Shown here: positions 25,952-36,527 of the stretch, piece by piece | How positions within the stretch are numbered: the stretch's first letter is position 1 | Layout of the letters: each line of letters opens with the position of its first letter | NCBI GenBank assembly: GCA_950097015.1 | Contig: CATNEN010000038.1 | Coordinates: 20,832,001-20,896,000, forward strand | Length of the DNA: 64,000 bases | Origin: Macrostomum hystrix | Lineage: Eukaryota > Animalia > Platyhelminthes | Direction of reading: 5' to 3' | The notes under the pieces: generated by a model | What the model was told of the DNA's origin: nothing | The model's input: only the letters and a program-made list of their open reading frames with translations | Databases searched by the model: none | Program-made: the position numbers and the translations under genes

Positions 25952-26567
25952 GATCTGGGATCTGGGATCGGGATCTGGGATCGGGATCTGGGATCGGGAT
26001 CTGGGATCGGGATCTGGGATCGGGATCTGGGATCGGGATCTGGGATCGGGATCTGGGATCGGGATCTGGGATCGGGATCTGGGATCGGGATCTGGGATCG
26101 GGATCTGGGATCGGGATCTGGGATCGGGATCTGGGATCGGGATCTGGGATCGGGATCTGGGATCGGGATCTGGGATCGGGATCTGGGATCGGGATCTGGG
26201 ATCGGGATCTGGGATCGGGATCTGGGATCGGGATCTGGGATCGGGATCTGGGATCGGGATCTGGGATCGGGATCTGGGATCGGGATCTGGGATCGGGATC
26301 TGGGATCGGGATCTGGGATCGGGATCTGGGATCGGGATCTGGGATCGGGATCTGGGATCGGGATCTGGGATCGGGATCTGGGATCGGGATCTGGGATCGG
26401 GATCTGGGATCGGGATCTGGGATCGGGATCTGGGATCGGGATCTGGGATCGGGATCTGGGATCGGGATCTGGGATCGGGATCTGGGATCGGGATCTGGGA
26501 TCGGGATCTGGGATCGGGATCTGGGATCGGGATCTGGGATCGGGATCTGGGATCGGGATCTGGGATC
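25952..26567. repeat. Perfect 13-bp repeat (gggatctgggatc)n, about 47 copies
   Basis: Direct tandem periodicity. Confidence 0.97.
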
Positions 26568-28438
26568 CTATAATTATCTGCTGGGACGATAATTTTATTG
26601 TGTAAGTTTTCTCTTGCGCACAACGTAAGAGTATGACGTGAACTGTGCAAGTTCTTGAAATGAAAGTCTTTTTTATGTCTTCATCCGCGCGCCAGAAAAT
26701 TATAGTGATGCTCTGTTCCTTCGAATATTTGCCTTTCTGCGTCGTGTCGAGGCTCTAATTTCAGCTAAAAAAATTGTTTTCACCGCCGGTTGAAATAAAC
26801 GATCGTGAGAGTTAGTCTCCGACTAGCCGTGAATTTTTCTTTTCTCGGGAACTCTATTTATGGGCTCTCAAGTAACGCAGCTTGTTTTACATTCGGTTCG
26901 CTGACTTTTTGTAAGGTTTGAATGCACCTGTCGGAAAAAGCGTGGGAGTATTGCGTAGGCGAATCCCTTGTAGTGCAATGTAACGAGGTGAAGTGCTTCA
27001 GCTAATTTCGCGGAAATAATAGAATCCCCAGAAGCTATTCGATCTATTTTAATGGCTGAGAAACTGGTACACGTGTTCATATCGAATGAACGTGTTCATA
27101 TGCACGCTTAACATTATTTTTTAAGCCGCATTACATCAAAATCTAGTAATTTCAAACATGAGTAGACAAAAACTGACGCGCGGACAATATTCGCTAACTT
27201 TCTATCCTGTAGTGCGGTTTTCTTGGATGTGCGCATTAACTGTAACCTTCCATATTTACACAAAACATTCGCGATGTAATTTTGTAGTAGTGTAGTGTAT
27301 TCGTACTCATGTACGTCCTTTATTTACTATAATTTACTGTATTCGTATTTGTTTTAATGTTTGTTACTTAAATACTGCACGTCATCGCGAACCCTTACTC
27401 TGTACACTGATTGGCTTAGCTTAAATTTAAATACACTCGAGGGTGATTGGCGGCCTTGTAACGGCCGTGCAGCTGGCGTCAAAGTGAGAGCTAAGTCAAA
27501 GTTTACATTTTATTGCGAGTCCACAAGAGTTGAAAACCAGTTCAGTATACTCGAAATTGTTACAATCCTCTAACTTAAAATAGCTGATGTTTCCAGTACA
27601 AAAATGATTTTGCTATTTAAAAAAATAAATTTAATAATTATTAAGAAAATAAATAATATATAAATACAATTTTAAAGTATTATAAAAGCACAGTGAAAAC
27701 TTTGCAGAGTCAATCATTAGAAGTGTAGATCTATCTTAGGTGAAACTTTGGTGAACAAAGATTAAACAATTTTTTTGTTTAATTGCTCTTTAGGTGCTTC
27801 ATTTAAGCCTTATTGCAACAAGTATATACTTTTCAAGTCACATATTATCTCATGAATGAAACATACGCTTATACACTATTCATGTAAATCATAAAACGTG
27901 TACAATCCAAATTTAATTCATGAGCCAATAAAGTCAAATGTACACTTAGATTTCATAAAAAATGAGCTGCATTTTTAGCGCTGCGATTGCTAAAGTGAAC
28001 CCCTGCATATTTTACTTCTATGAAATGACAGTAAAACCAGAGATTATTTCCATGTCTTATAATTAGGGTGGTTTCTTTGTTCGATGCGACCTAATGTAAC
28101 AATGGCAACATCGCGTTGACCAGGCATCTTAAAAATGTAATTGTACTGTAAGTTAAAATAGCGTTTATTACGACAGTTGTCATCGTCATCATTAATTTAT
28201 CGCGATTTAAAATTTAAGGCCGAAAAATCAACAAAATTTTACATTACATAGAGTCCGAATTTTTACTAGCTATCTCGGTAGTCCTAAACTTATTTTGCTC
28301 TTGACTTCTTAAACACAAGCGTCGCTAGAAAAGCTTTAAATAACTTAAACTATCGATTGCAATACTTGTGTCCTTTGTTTACTATTTATTAACACAAAGC
28401 GGCCTTCTGCTAAGGTTTTGTGTAAAAAACTTTGAATA

Positions 28439-28498
28439 ATGGCATCGAATTCTACATTTAAAAAGTATATGAAAATGGCTGAAGATGTTGCCGATGAG
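28439..28498 (+). CDS. SURF4: SURF4 exon 1: MASNSTFKKYMKMAEDVADE
   Basis: Matches the SURF4 N-terminal AEDxAD motif; GAG|gtaatt donor, phase 0. Confidence 0.8.
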
Positions 28499-29836
28499 GT
28501 AATTGTTTAGTGCTGATTTATGAAAAATAAAGTATGAAAGTATGAAGCATTTTTGAAAATTCACAAATGTTGTGTCCTAACCCATCTTTTTTGACAATGA
28601 CATTGATACAACTAAAAGCTATATTTTTGAGTTATTATAACTGTCTATGCAACAATGAGATTTGATATTGATAAAAACTGATATAACATATCATCTACCT
28701 ACAATATATAGATTGTATACACGTATTCTTTTTGCTGATGTTCATCAGTTTCTGTATGATTCAGTTTCTAGACAGCATAGTTTTGTTTTCCCACTCTATT
28801 TTTTAGACTTTTGACACCTTTACATGTGCTTCATTACCAATCAATGGGACCCTAACAATCCTTAGACTCCAGAGGCCCACACAAGTATGATTGAATTTAT
28901 GTGGGCCTTTGCTTTTTGCAAGGCCAATTTTTTTTCATTTTTGTCCCATGTATAGAACCAGCTCAACAACCTGTTTGAGATCTAGGAATTCATGGGGTGC
29001 CAAATCTTCCCTGAGTGTCAGTTTGGCAACATCCTGTATTAGTCCAAATGGCTCATATATTATTATCCTCTGTGACTCTTATTTAACTTAGTCACCATAA
29101 CTTGACTTGCTCCTTTATCATTAGGCTCAGAGGCCTATTGGTTTTTAGGGTCCAATTGTGTGGTAAGCATGTGTTAAAATAAATTATTGTGTGAAACCAA
29201 AAACTCCTAAAAAGTCTCCTGATCCCAAAGGGTCACTATTTTTGTAGCTTATTAGCTACAAATCAAGTAGGGGCCTAAGGTTGGTTGGCCTAATATTGAC
29301 TAGTTCAATTGCACAATTTATTTTTTAAGTTGGGCATAAGGGTTTTTGTTTATACAAATAAAGGTAATTAAAATTTATGTATCAAATAACTAAATTAAGT
29401 AACTGCATATTACAATTATTGTTTTACCACAGACAATCAATCTATTTATCTGTGGTACTGAACTGATGTAGTTTTGTTAGTTTGTTAGTTAAATATTATT
29501 AATATTAATATTTATCAAAGTACTTAACTAATAACAAAAAGTGGAAAAATGTCAAGAGAAAACAAAGAATGAAAATCCCAGACAGACTTCTGACAACTGA
29601 CAAATTCTGTATGGCCTTTGCTAAATGATAGTGTCTAAAAAATCACCAAATTAAATATTTTTGAAAGGGAACAAATTGTGTCCTTTAAAAAGACACGTAA
29701 GTCTTCAGTTCATCCAGCTGTTAAATGGTACCAGCATCAGATGGGGTAATTGAGGGTGTTTGTGGTGTCCGCCCAGTCCATGGACTAAAAACCCATATCC
29801 TTCGAATCTGTACAAATTCCTACTCCCCCTGTCCAG

Positions 29837-30312
29837 GTTCAACGTCGCGGCAAGCACATCTTGCCTACCGCCTCTCGCCTACTGCTATTGAGCACCTATA
29901 TAGAGGACGGGATTCGTATGCTAACCCACTGGACTATGCAGGCGAACTATGTGTCGCGCGAGTGGAATGTATTCGCTTTCATTGGCCATCTATTTGTGCT
30001 GCTAAACATGGCCTGCCAGCTGACTGGTAGCGGCCTTGTGTTGGCCCAAATTCGCGTGCCAATCGCCTGCGCCATCCTAGGCGGCAATACAATCATGCAG
30101 ATCTTGGTCTATAAGATTCTTTTCGAAGACTGGAGCTATCTCATGCGCCTCGTAGCTATCACTGGCGGCCTACTATTGCTTTATGTTGAATCTCAGGGCG
30201 AAGGTCGGGTTGTGTTTGGTGGCCTGCCTTCAATTAGCGAGAATAAGCCAAAGCGTTGGCTACAGCTGTCTGGCCGTCTGCTGCTAGTGCTCATGCTAGT
30301 CAGCCTGTTTAG
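29837..30312 (+). CDS. SURF4: SURF4 exon 2
   Basis: gtccag|GTT and AG|gtaagt. Contains LSTYIEDGIRM, GGLLLL, FGGLP and LQLSGRLLLVLM. Confidence 0.93.
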
Positions 30313-30339
30313 GTAAGTTCTTTATTTCGAGCAAATTTA

Positions 30340-32288
30340 AATTGGCTGATACCAGTCACGTGCTTGTCTAACTATGAACGACTACGACTGTTTAGTCACT
30401 TGATCACTGCTAGTTAATTTAATTGGCTGAGGTCAGTCACACGCTTATCGAATTCTAATTGGTTGAGCTTAGTCACGTGATTATGGAAATTTGATTGGCT
30501 GAGGTCAGTCAAGTAGTAATCGAAATCTAATTGGCTGAGGTTGACTTACTTTTTTGACTTAGCGGCAGGGAGCCTCCATGACGGACGCAGCGAGGAGGCG
30601 GCTGATGCCGCCCATATCGCTAACCCCTGGCAGCCAGACAGCCTCCAGCGAGGCGGTGCCGCTCAGGGTGTTCCGTCGGTCGATTCCGCCGCGCGATCTT
30701 CCTCGCCATAGGCTGGGAAGAAATCAGCTCGGCCGGTATCCCGGAGGAAGTGGGCGAGCTGTGGGATGTTCTCGGGCGAGCAGGCTTCGGCAAGAGTCGG
30801 TGCCGGCCCGAGATGTTTTAGCCTAGCCCGGGTGAAGGCCGGGCAGTGGCAGATGAAATGCTCGGCATTTTCACGACCGGAGCAGCAGAAGGGACACGTT
30901 TCCTCAGGCACGTGGCCTTGAAGGTAGCGGTGTCTGGTGAAGCAGCCATGTCCCGAAAGGGCCATAGTGACTGCTCTTAGGTCTCTGCGGTTAAGCCTGA
31001 GTAAGGCCTTACGCAGGTTACTAGAGCGGGTTGGCACCGCAGCCCTGGACTGGCGACAGTTCAGGGTGCTGGACCACCTCCTCAGGTGCTGGGTCTCCAT
31101 CCAGCGGTTGATGCTGGAGTTGACAACAGAGACGGGGATCGGGGACTCCGGGCCCGGGCCCATCAGGGAGCTGGCTGCTCCAGCCTTAGCAAGCTGGTCC
31201 GCCATCTCATTCCCTGTGAACCCGGCATGCCCAGGGATCCACAGCAGCTCCACCTTGTTAGACTGCGCCAACCCATTTAACTGGGTGTTGCAGTCCAAGG
31301 TGGTTCTGGAGCGAGAGGTGCAGCGGCTGAGGGCCTTGAGGGCTGCTTGACTGTCGGAGTGAAAAAAGATCCTCCGACCAGCCAGCTGCCTCTGGCGCAG
31401 CTCAGCCGCACAGAAGCTGATGGCGAGCACTTCGTTTTGGAAAACGCTAGAGCTCTTGCCACAGTATTGGGAGTGGGTCCAGAGGACCTCACCACCCGAG
31501 GCGACGCACACTCCGAATCCCGATTTACCGTTCATCAGAGAGCCGTCAGTGTAACAGTGGACTGCCGGGTCATCCCAGCAGTCCTTTACCTCATTACGAG
31601 GGGAGATGCTGACTTTGTACCTGTGGCTCCGGAGTAAAGTGGCCGGGGCCCCGTCCGAAAGGATGGTGAGCCCTCCGCACTCGCCCAGAGTTTTCAGGCA
31701 GAGGTCAGAGTGAGGCAGAAGGGAGCGCTTCGAGAAGGCTCGCGAATTCTGGAAGGAGACACCCGCATCGAGGAGACGACGGGTGGACTTTGCTGCTTCC
31801 CCCTTGACGAAAATGTCAATGGGTGTAGCGTTGAGGAAAGCATTCATGCCTTCCAAGGGAGTGGAGGGTGGGGCGCCCAGCGTCATACGACAGGCTCTGC
31901 CCTGCACCCTAATTGGCTGAGGTTAGTCACGTGCTTATCGAAATCTAATTGGCTAAGGTCAGTCACGTGCTTATCGAAATCTATTTGGCTGAGGTCAGTC
32001 TCGTGTTTATAGAAATCTATTTGGCTGAGATCAGTCACGTGCTTATCGAAATCTAATTGGCTAAGGTCAGTCACGTGCTTATCGAAATCTATTTGGCTGA
32101 GGTCAGTCACGTGCTTATCGAAATCTATTTGGCTGAGATCAGTCTCGTGTTTATAGAAATCTATTTGGCTGAGGTCAGTCACGTGCTTATAGAAATCTAT
32201 TTGGCTGAGATCAGTCACGTGCTTATAGAAATCTATTTGGCTGAGATCAGTCACGTTTTTATCGAAGTCTATTTGACTGAGATTAGTA
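30340..32288. repeat. 36-bp minisatellite (ttggctgaggtcagtcacgtgcttatcgaaatcta[a/t]) in SURF4 intron 2, split by the LINE into 30340-30542 and 31909-32288
   Basis: Repeat units continue in register on both sides of the insertion. Confidence 0.9.
30543..31908 (-). mobile_element. 5'-truncated non-LTR retrotransposon (I group, Loa/Lian-like): RT C-terminus, RNase H, CCHC finger, 3' UTR
   Basis: Open 414-aa frame at 31907-30663 with YTDGS, VFQNEVLAI, SDSQAAL, WIPGHAGFTGNEMADQLAK and CPFC...EHFICHC. 16-bp TSD ctaattggctgaggtt at 30527-30542 and 31909-31924. Tail TAAGTCAAAAAAGTAAGTC. Confidence 0.92.
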
Positions 32289-32387
32289 ACCCTTAAATTC
32301 CGAAAGTTATTAAAGGGGTTCGCCACAGTCTTCTAAAAATAGAAAAAATCGGCGGGATTTCGATGTGAGATACTCTACTAATTGCAG

Positions 32388-32679
32388 ATTCAACGAAGGC
32401 CTTGACATCCTTGTGTCGCTGACGTCCCTGGTCGCCGCCGCCCTAATCGCCATCGGTTTCAAGACTCGCCCCGTAGCTCTAGCCGCCGCCCTGCTTCTAT
32501 TCGTCTTGAACCTGTTCACTCATCCGTTCTGGTCATTCAATGAGAAGCACATGGAGATGCTGCGCGATTTCGTTAAATACGACTTCTTCCAGACTCTGTC
32601 GGCTGTCGGCGGCCTCCTGATGATTGTGGCTGTCGGACCCGGCGATGTCAGCTTGGACCAGCGCAAGAAGGATTGGTAG
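32388..32679 (+). CDS. SURF4: SURF4 exon 3 with C-terminal dilysine ER-retrieval motif KKDW; protein 275 aa
   Basis: ttgcag|A (phase 2 matches). Contains IGFKTR and RDFVKYDFFQTLSAVGGLLMIVAVGPGDVSLDQRKKDW*. Confidence 0.93.
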
Positions 32680-33458
32680 GTTTAGGTCCATGAGCGAACT
32701 TTTGTGCCCTGCAGATATGCGAGATATTTTCGCGTTTTTTAATGTACAATCTGCTTTAAATTGGTGCCAAGTAAGATCAATCTAACAAAGTAAGAAATTT
32801 AATTTTATTTAGTCTCTAAAAATAAATAACTCAATGCTAAGGTTCTCCTTATCGTCATAAATTAAATTCAGAAGATAAGCAATAGCAAATTTGTTAGAAT
32901 AGTTTTTTTGGCACGAATTCAAAATTTTAGTTTACTTTTAATGACGTAAAAGTAATATAAAAGCCAAAGGTATCGGCTGGCTTTCAATATTATCTAAAAT
33001 TGCGCACGAGCTAGTAAACTAATTGATTGACATCTATGATTGATTGATTGTTGAGATTATTTGTTTGTTTGTTTATTATCTGTCGCCTCACTATATTTGC
33101 GCTGCTTGTCATTTTAGAATAATTTCATATTTTAACACTGCACATTTTTTCGAAAAAACGTTTAGACGAGGTTCTTATTGACGAACATAACTAGGTTAAT
33201 CTACGTTTGTTCAAATAACGAACAACATATTAAACTTAAACAATAACCAGTTTAAAAATAAAATCAAATAATTACAACTTAATTGCTTCACACTTTAGAT
33301 TGGAGCATTCGATTGTTAAGAACTTCACTCACTATGCTTATCGTCTTATCTGATAGGATGTATTTCCGTTCTAGCAGGTACTTTTAAGTTTTTTTGTCGA
33401 CGCCAATGCTACCGTTTTTAACATGTCTGGCTTATCATCTGCGCGATAATTATATTTT

Positions 33459-33850
33459 GGTCCTTTAGGTCCTTAATCCTTTAGGTCCTTGGTCCTTTAG
33501 GTCCTTGGTCCTTGGTCCTTTAGGTCCTTGGTCCTTTAGGTCCTTGGTCCTTTAGGTCCTTGGTCCTTTAGGTCCTTGGTCCTTTAGGTCCTTGGTCCTT
33601 TTGGTCCTTTAGGTCCTTGGTCCTTTAGGTCCTTGGTCCTTTAGGTCCTTGGTCCTTTAGGTCCTTGGTCCTTTAGGTCCTTGGTCCTTTAGGTCCTTGG
33701 TCCTTTAGGTCCTTGGTCCTTTAGGTCCTTGGTCCTTTAGGTCCTTGGTCCTTTAGGTCCTTGGTCCTTTAGGTCCTTGGTCCTTTAGGTCCTTGGTCCT
33801 TTAGGTCCTTGGTCCTTTAGGTCCTTGGTCCTTTAGGTCCTTGGTCCTTT
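33459..33850. repeat. 16-bp repeat (ggtcctttaggtcctt)n
   Basis: Direct tandem periodicity. Confidence 0.95.
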
Positions 33851-34457
33851 TATACAGATCAAAATTCTAAAATAGCTCCTATTTATAGTATTTTTACGCA
33901 AGTATGTCTGCCATTTCTCATGCTATTAATTAGTTCTTTTCATTTATATTTTATCTCTTTTCTCTTTATTAAATTTGATATATTGTTTAGCGAATTATTA
34001 TCTATGCTTTGTTCTTCGTGTGACATTATGTTTATTTCCTAAGGATCAAACGTTATAAATTTTTATAGTGCAGTCCTACGAAAACAAGTAAATATGGAGT
34101 GACATTAACCACCATTATAGAAAACTAGTCCAATTTTAAGTTCGTTCTATACTTTATAAGTTTATCCTCCTGCAGCTGCTTTTCTCCTGAAAATTATCAC
34201 TCCATGATTCAATCAGACACAATATAAGGTCCTTTTTCATGAGAATTGAGAAACAATCCGTTTTGTATATTTCGAGGCTAGTTTTTATATAATGATGCGT
34301 CATGACTTTAATAAGTGTTACTTAGTATTATTAAATACAGTACGTTGCTGTTTTTGCAGTCTCTATTAGCACATTTATAAAAAGCAATGTTAGCACCATT
34401 GTTTCTAAAAGACGAATTTATCTTTCTATGTTCATTGCCCTCTATTAGTGCTTAGTA

Positions 34458-35162
34458 TTATCCGACCAACACCCTCAACCACAGAGGATGTGTTATCAGA
34501 CCAACACCCTCAACCACAGTGGAGGTGTTATCCGACCAACCCCTCAACCACAGTGGAAGTGTTATCAGGCCAACCCCTCAACCACAGTGGAGGTGTTATC
34601 AGACCAACCCCTCAACCACAGTGGAAGTGTTATCAGGCCAATCCCTCAACCACAGTGGAGGTGTTATCAGACCAACACCATCAACCACAGTAAAGGTGTT
34701 ATCCGACCAACACCCTCAACCACAGAGGGGGTGTTATCCGACCAACACCCTCAACCACAGTGGAGGTGTTATCCGACCAACACCCTCAACCACAGTGGAG
34801 GTGTTATCCGACCAACACCCTCAACCACAGTGGAGGTGTTATCCGACCAACACCCTCAACCACAGAGGGGGTGTTATCCGACCAACACCCTCAACCACAG
34901 TGGAGGTGTTATCCGACCAACACCCTCAACCACAGAGGAGGTGTTATCCGACCAACTCCCTCAACCACAGTGGAGGTGTTATCAGACCAACACCCTCAAC
35001 CACAGTGGAGGTGTTATCAGACCAATCCCTCAACCACAGTGGAGGTGTTATCCGACCAACACCCTCAACCACAGTGGAGGTGTTATCCGACCAACACCCT
35101 TAACCACAGTGGAGGTGTTATCCGACCAACACCCTCAACCACAGTGGGGGTGTTATCAGACC
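34458..35162. repeat. 33-35-bp minisatellite (ccgaccaacaccctcaaccacagtggaggtgttat)
   Basis: Direct tandem periodicity. Confidence 0.95.
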
Positions 35163-36080
35163 AGCAATCTCAATCACAACCTCAACCTTCAACCGCAGTG
35201 GTGTTAGCCATATTTAGTGGTTAAAAAAGCACAATACTCTAAATTAGGGCCAAAGCAAACACGAAAGATTCAAGAGCCAATTATAAAATAATATTGAAAT
35301 TAATCAGACGGGCGTACTTTACTTCTGTTAACTTTAGTGTGTTTCAGATTTCAGTGTGACCCCTGTGCTTTTTCTCTCTCCCTTTTCGACGGAATATTTT
35401 GTCCATTATTTTTAAACAAAAAAATTATTTATACGAGAGTATATCCATCTATATATGTCTGCCACATAGCTTTGCTATAACTGTGTGTCTGTCTGTCTAT
35501 TTTCTCTTTCTAACTCTTGTTTGCCGGCAAAGCTTCTTCCGTTGTATTTTTGTAAGTTTTTGTGTGTTTATTTACTCGTATATCTAGTTTCACTATACTC
35601 AACTCAATACTGTCGGTTGTTGTTGCTGTCTGTGTTGTTTCTTTTGTTCTGTTTTCAAAGCGCAAATCAAAATATATAAATTGAAGAAAAGTAAAAATCA
35701 AAAGTTGTTTTGTCCAATTTTTCAGTTCGTTGGACCAAATTGGAAGATTACTACAAACATTTTGAATTGTGTCAATTGCTTACTTTTTTTCATCTACAAT
35801 TAAACGTGCAAAAATTAAATTTCTTTTAATTAATGCTATAAAGTGCACACAGGCGAACCCTTCTTCCTTCAGAAAAGCTGCAGGCGTGACTTGGTCAAAT
35901 TTTCTCTTCCAACGGTGCAAATTTTTGCTGCCTTATCATTTGCATTGCTCTTTGTACAGCATTTTCGACACAGACTACTATTTTGGATATAAGCAGTATG
36001 CAATGTATTTCGTTTGTTTTATAATGTGATTTCTGTCGTTTAGAGAGTTCATTTCTTAAAATATATCTTCCCTGTTAGAT

Positions 36081-36370
36081 GGGGTGAGTGGCGAGTGGTA
36101 AAGGCCTTTGCCTCTCGTACCAAGGTCCTGAGTTCGATTCCGCGACGAGGACACAATTGGGGCGCAGCCGCGGAGAGAAGGCTTGGGCGCTTGTGCTATT
36201 TACGCCTTTGAGGGCCAACCTCTAAGACACAAAGAAAAAGTCAGGGCAGATGTACACACCTGTATTCGTAGGAGTCCGCGAAAAAGGCAGAACTGCCTCC
36301 GCGCTGGCTGCGGGTCTAGTGTCACCACTAGTGTAGTGATGTGCCATTGCCCACAGCCCTCTTGCAGTAG
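36081..36370 (+). mobile_element. tRNA-derived SINE copy 2 (internal deletions)
   Basis: A box-like tggcgagtgg, B box gttcgattcc and the shared family body. Confidence 0.8.
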
Positions 36371-36527
36371 TTAGTACTACATGTATTAATAATATATATA
36401 TTTAATATAAAAAATATTAAATATGTAGTCCTAACCTTCCAGATAGCTTTGTGTTTCGGATCATATTCGAAACTTGCTAAAAATCCATGCATTTGTTAGA
36501 ATATTTTCTTAGAACATGTTAGCCAGC

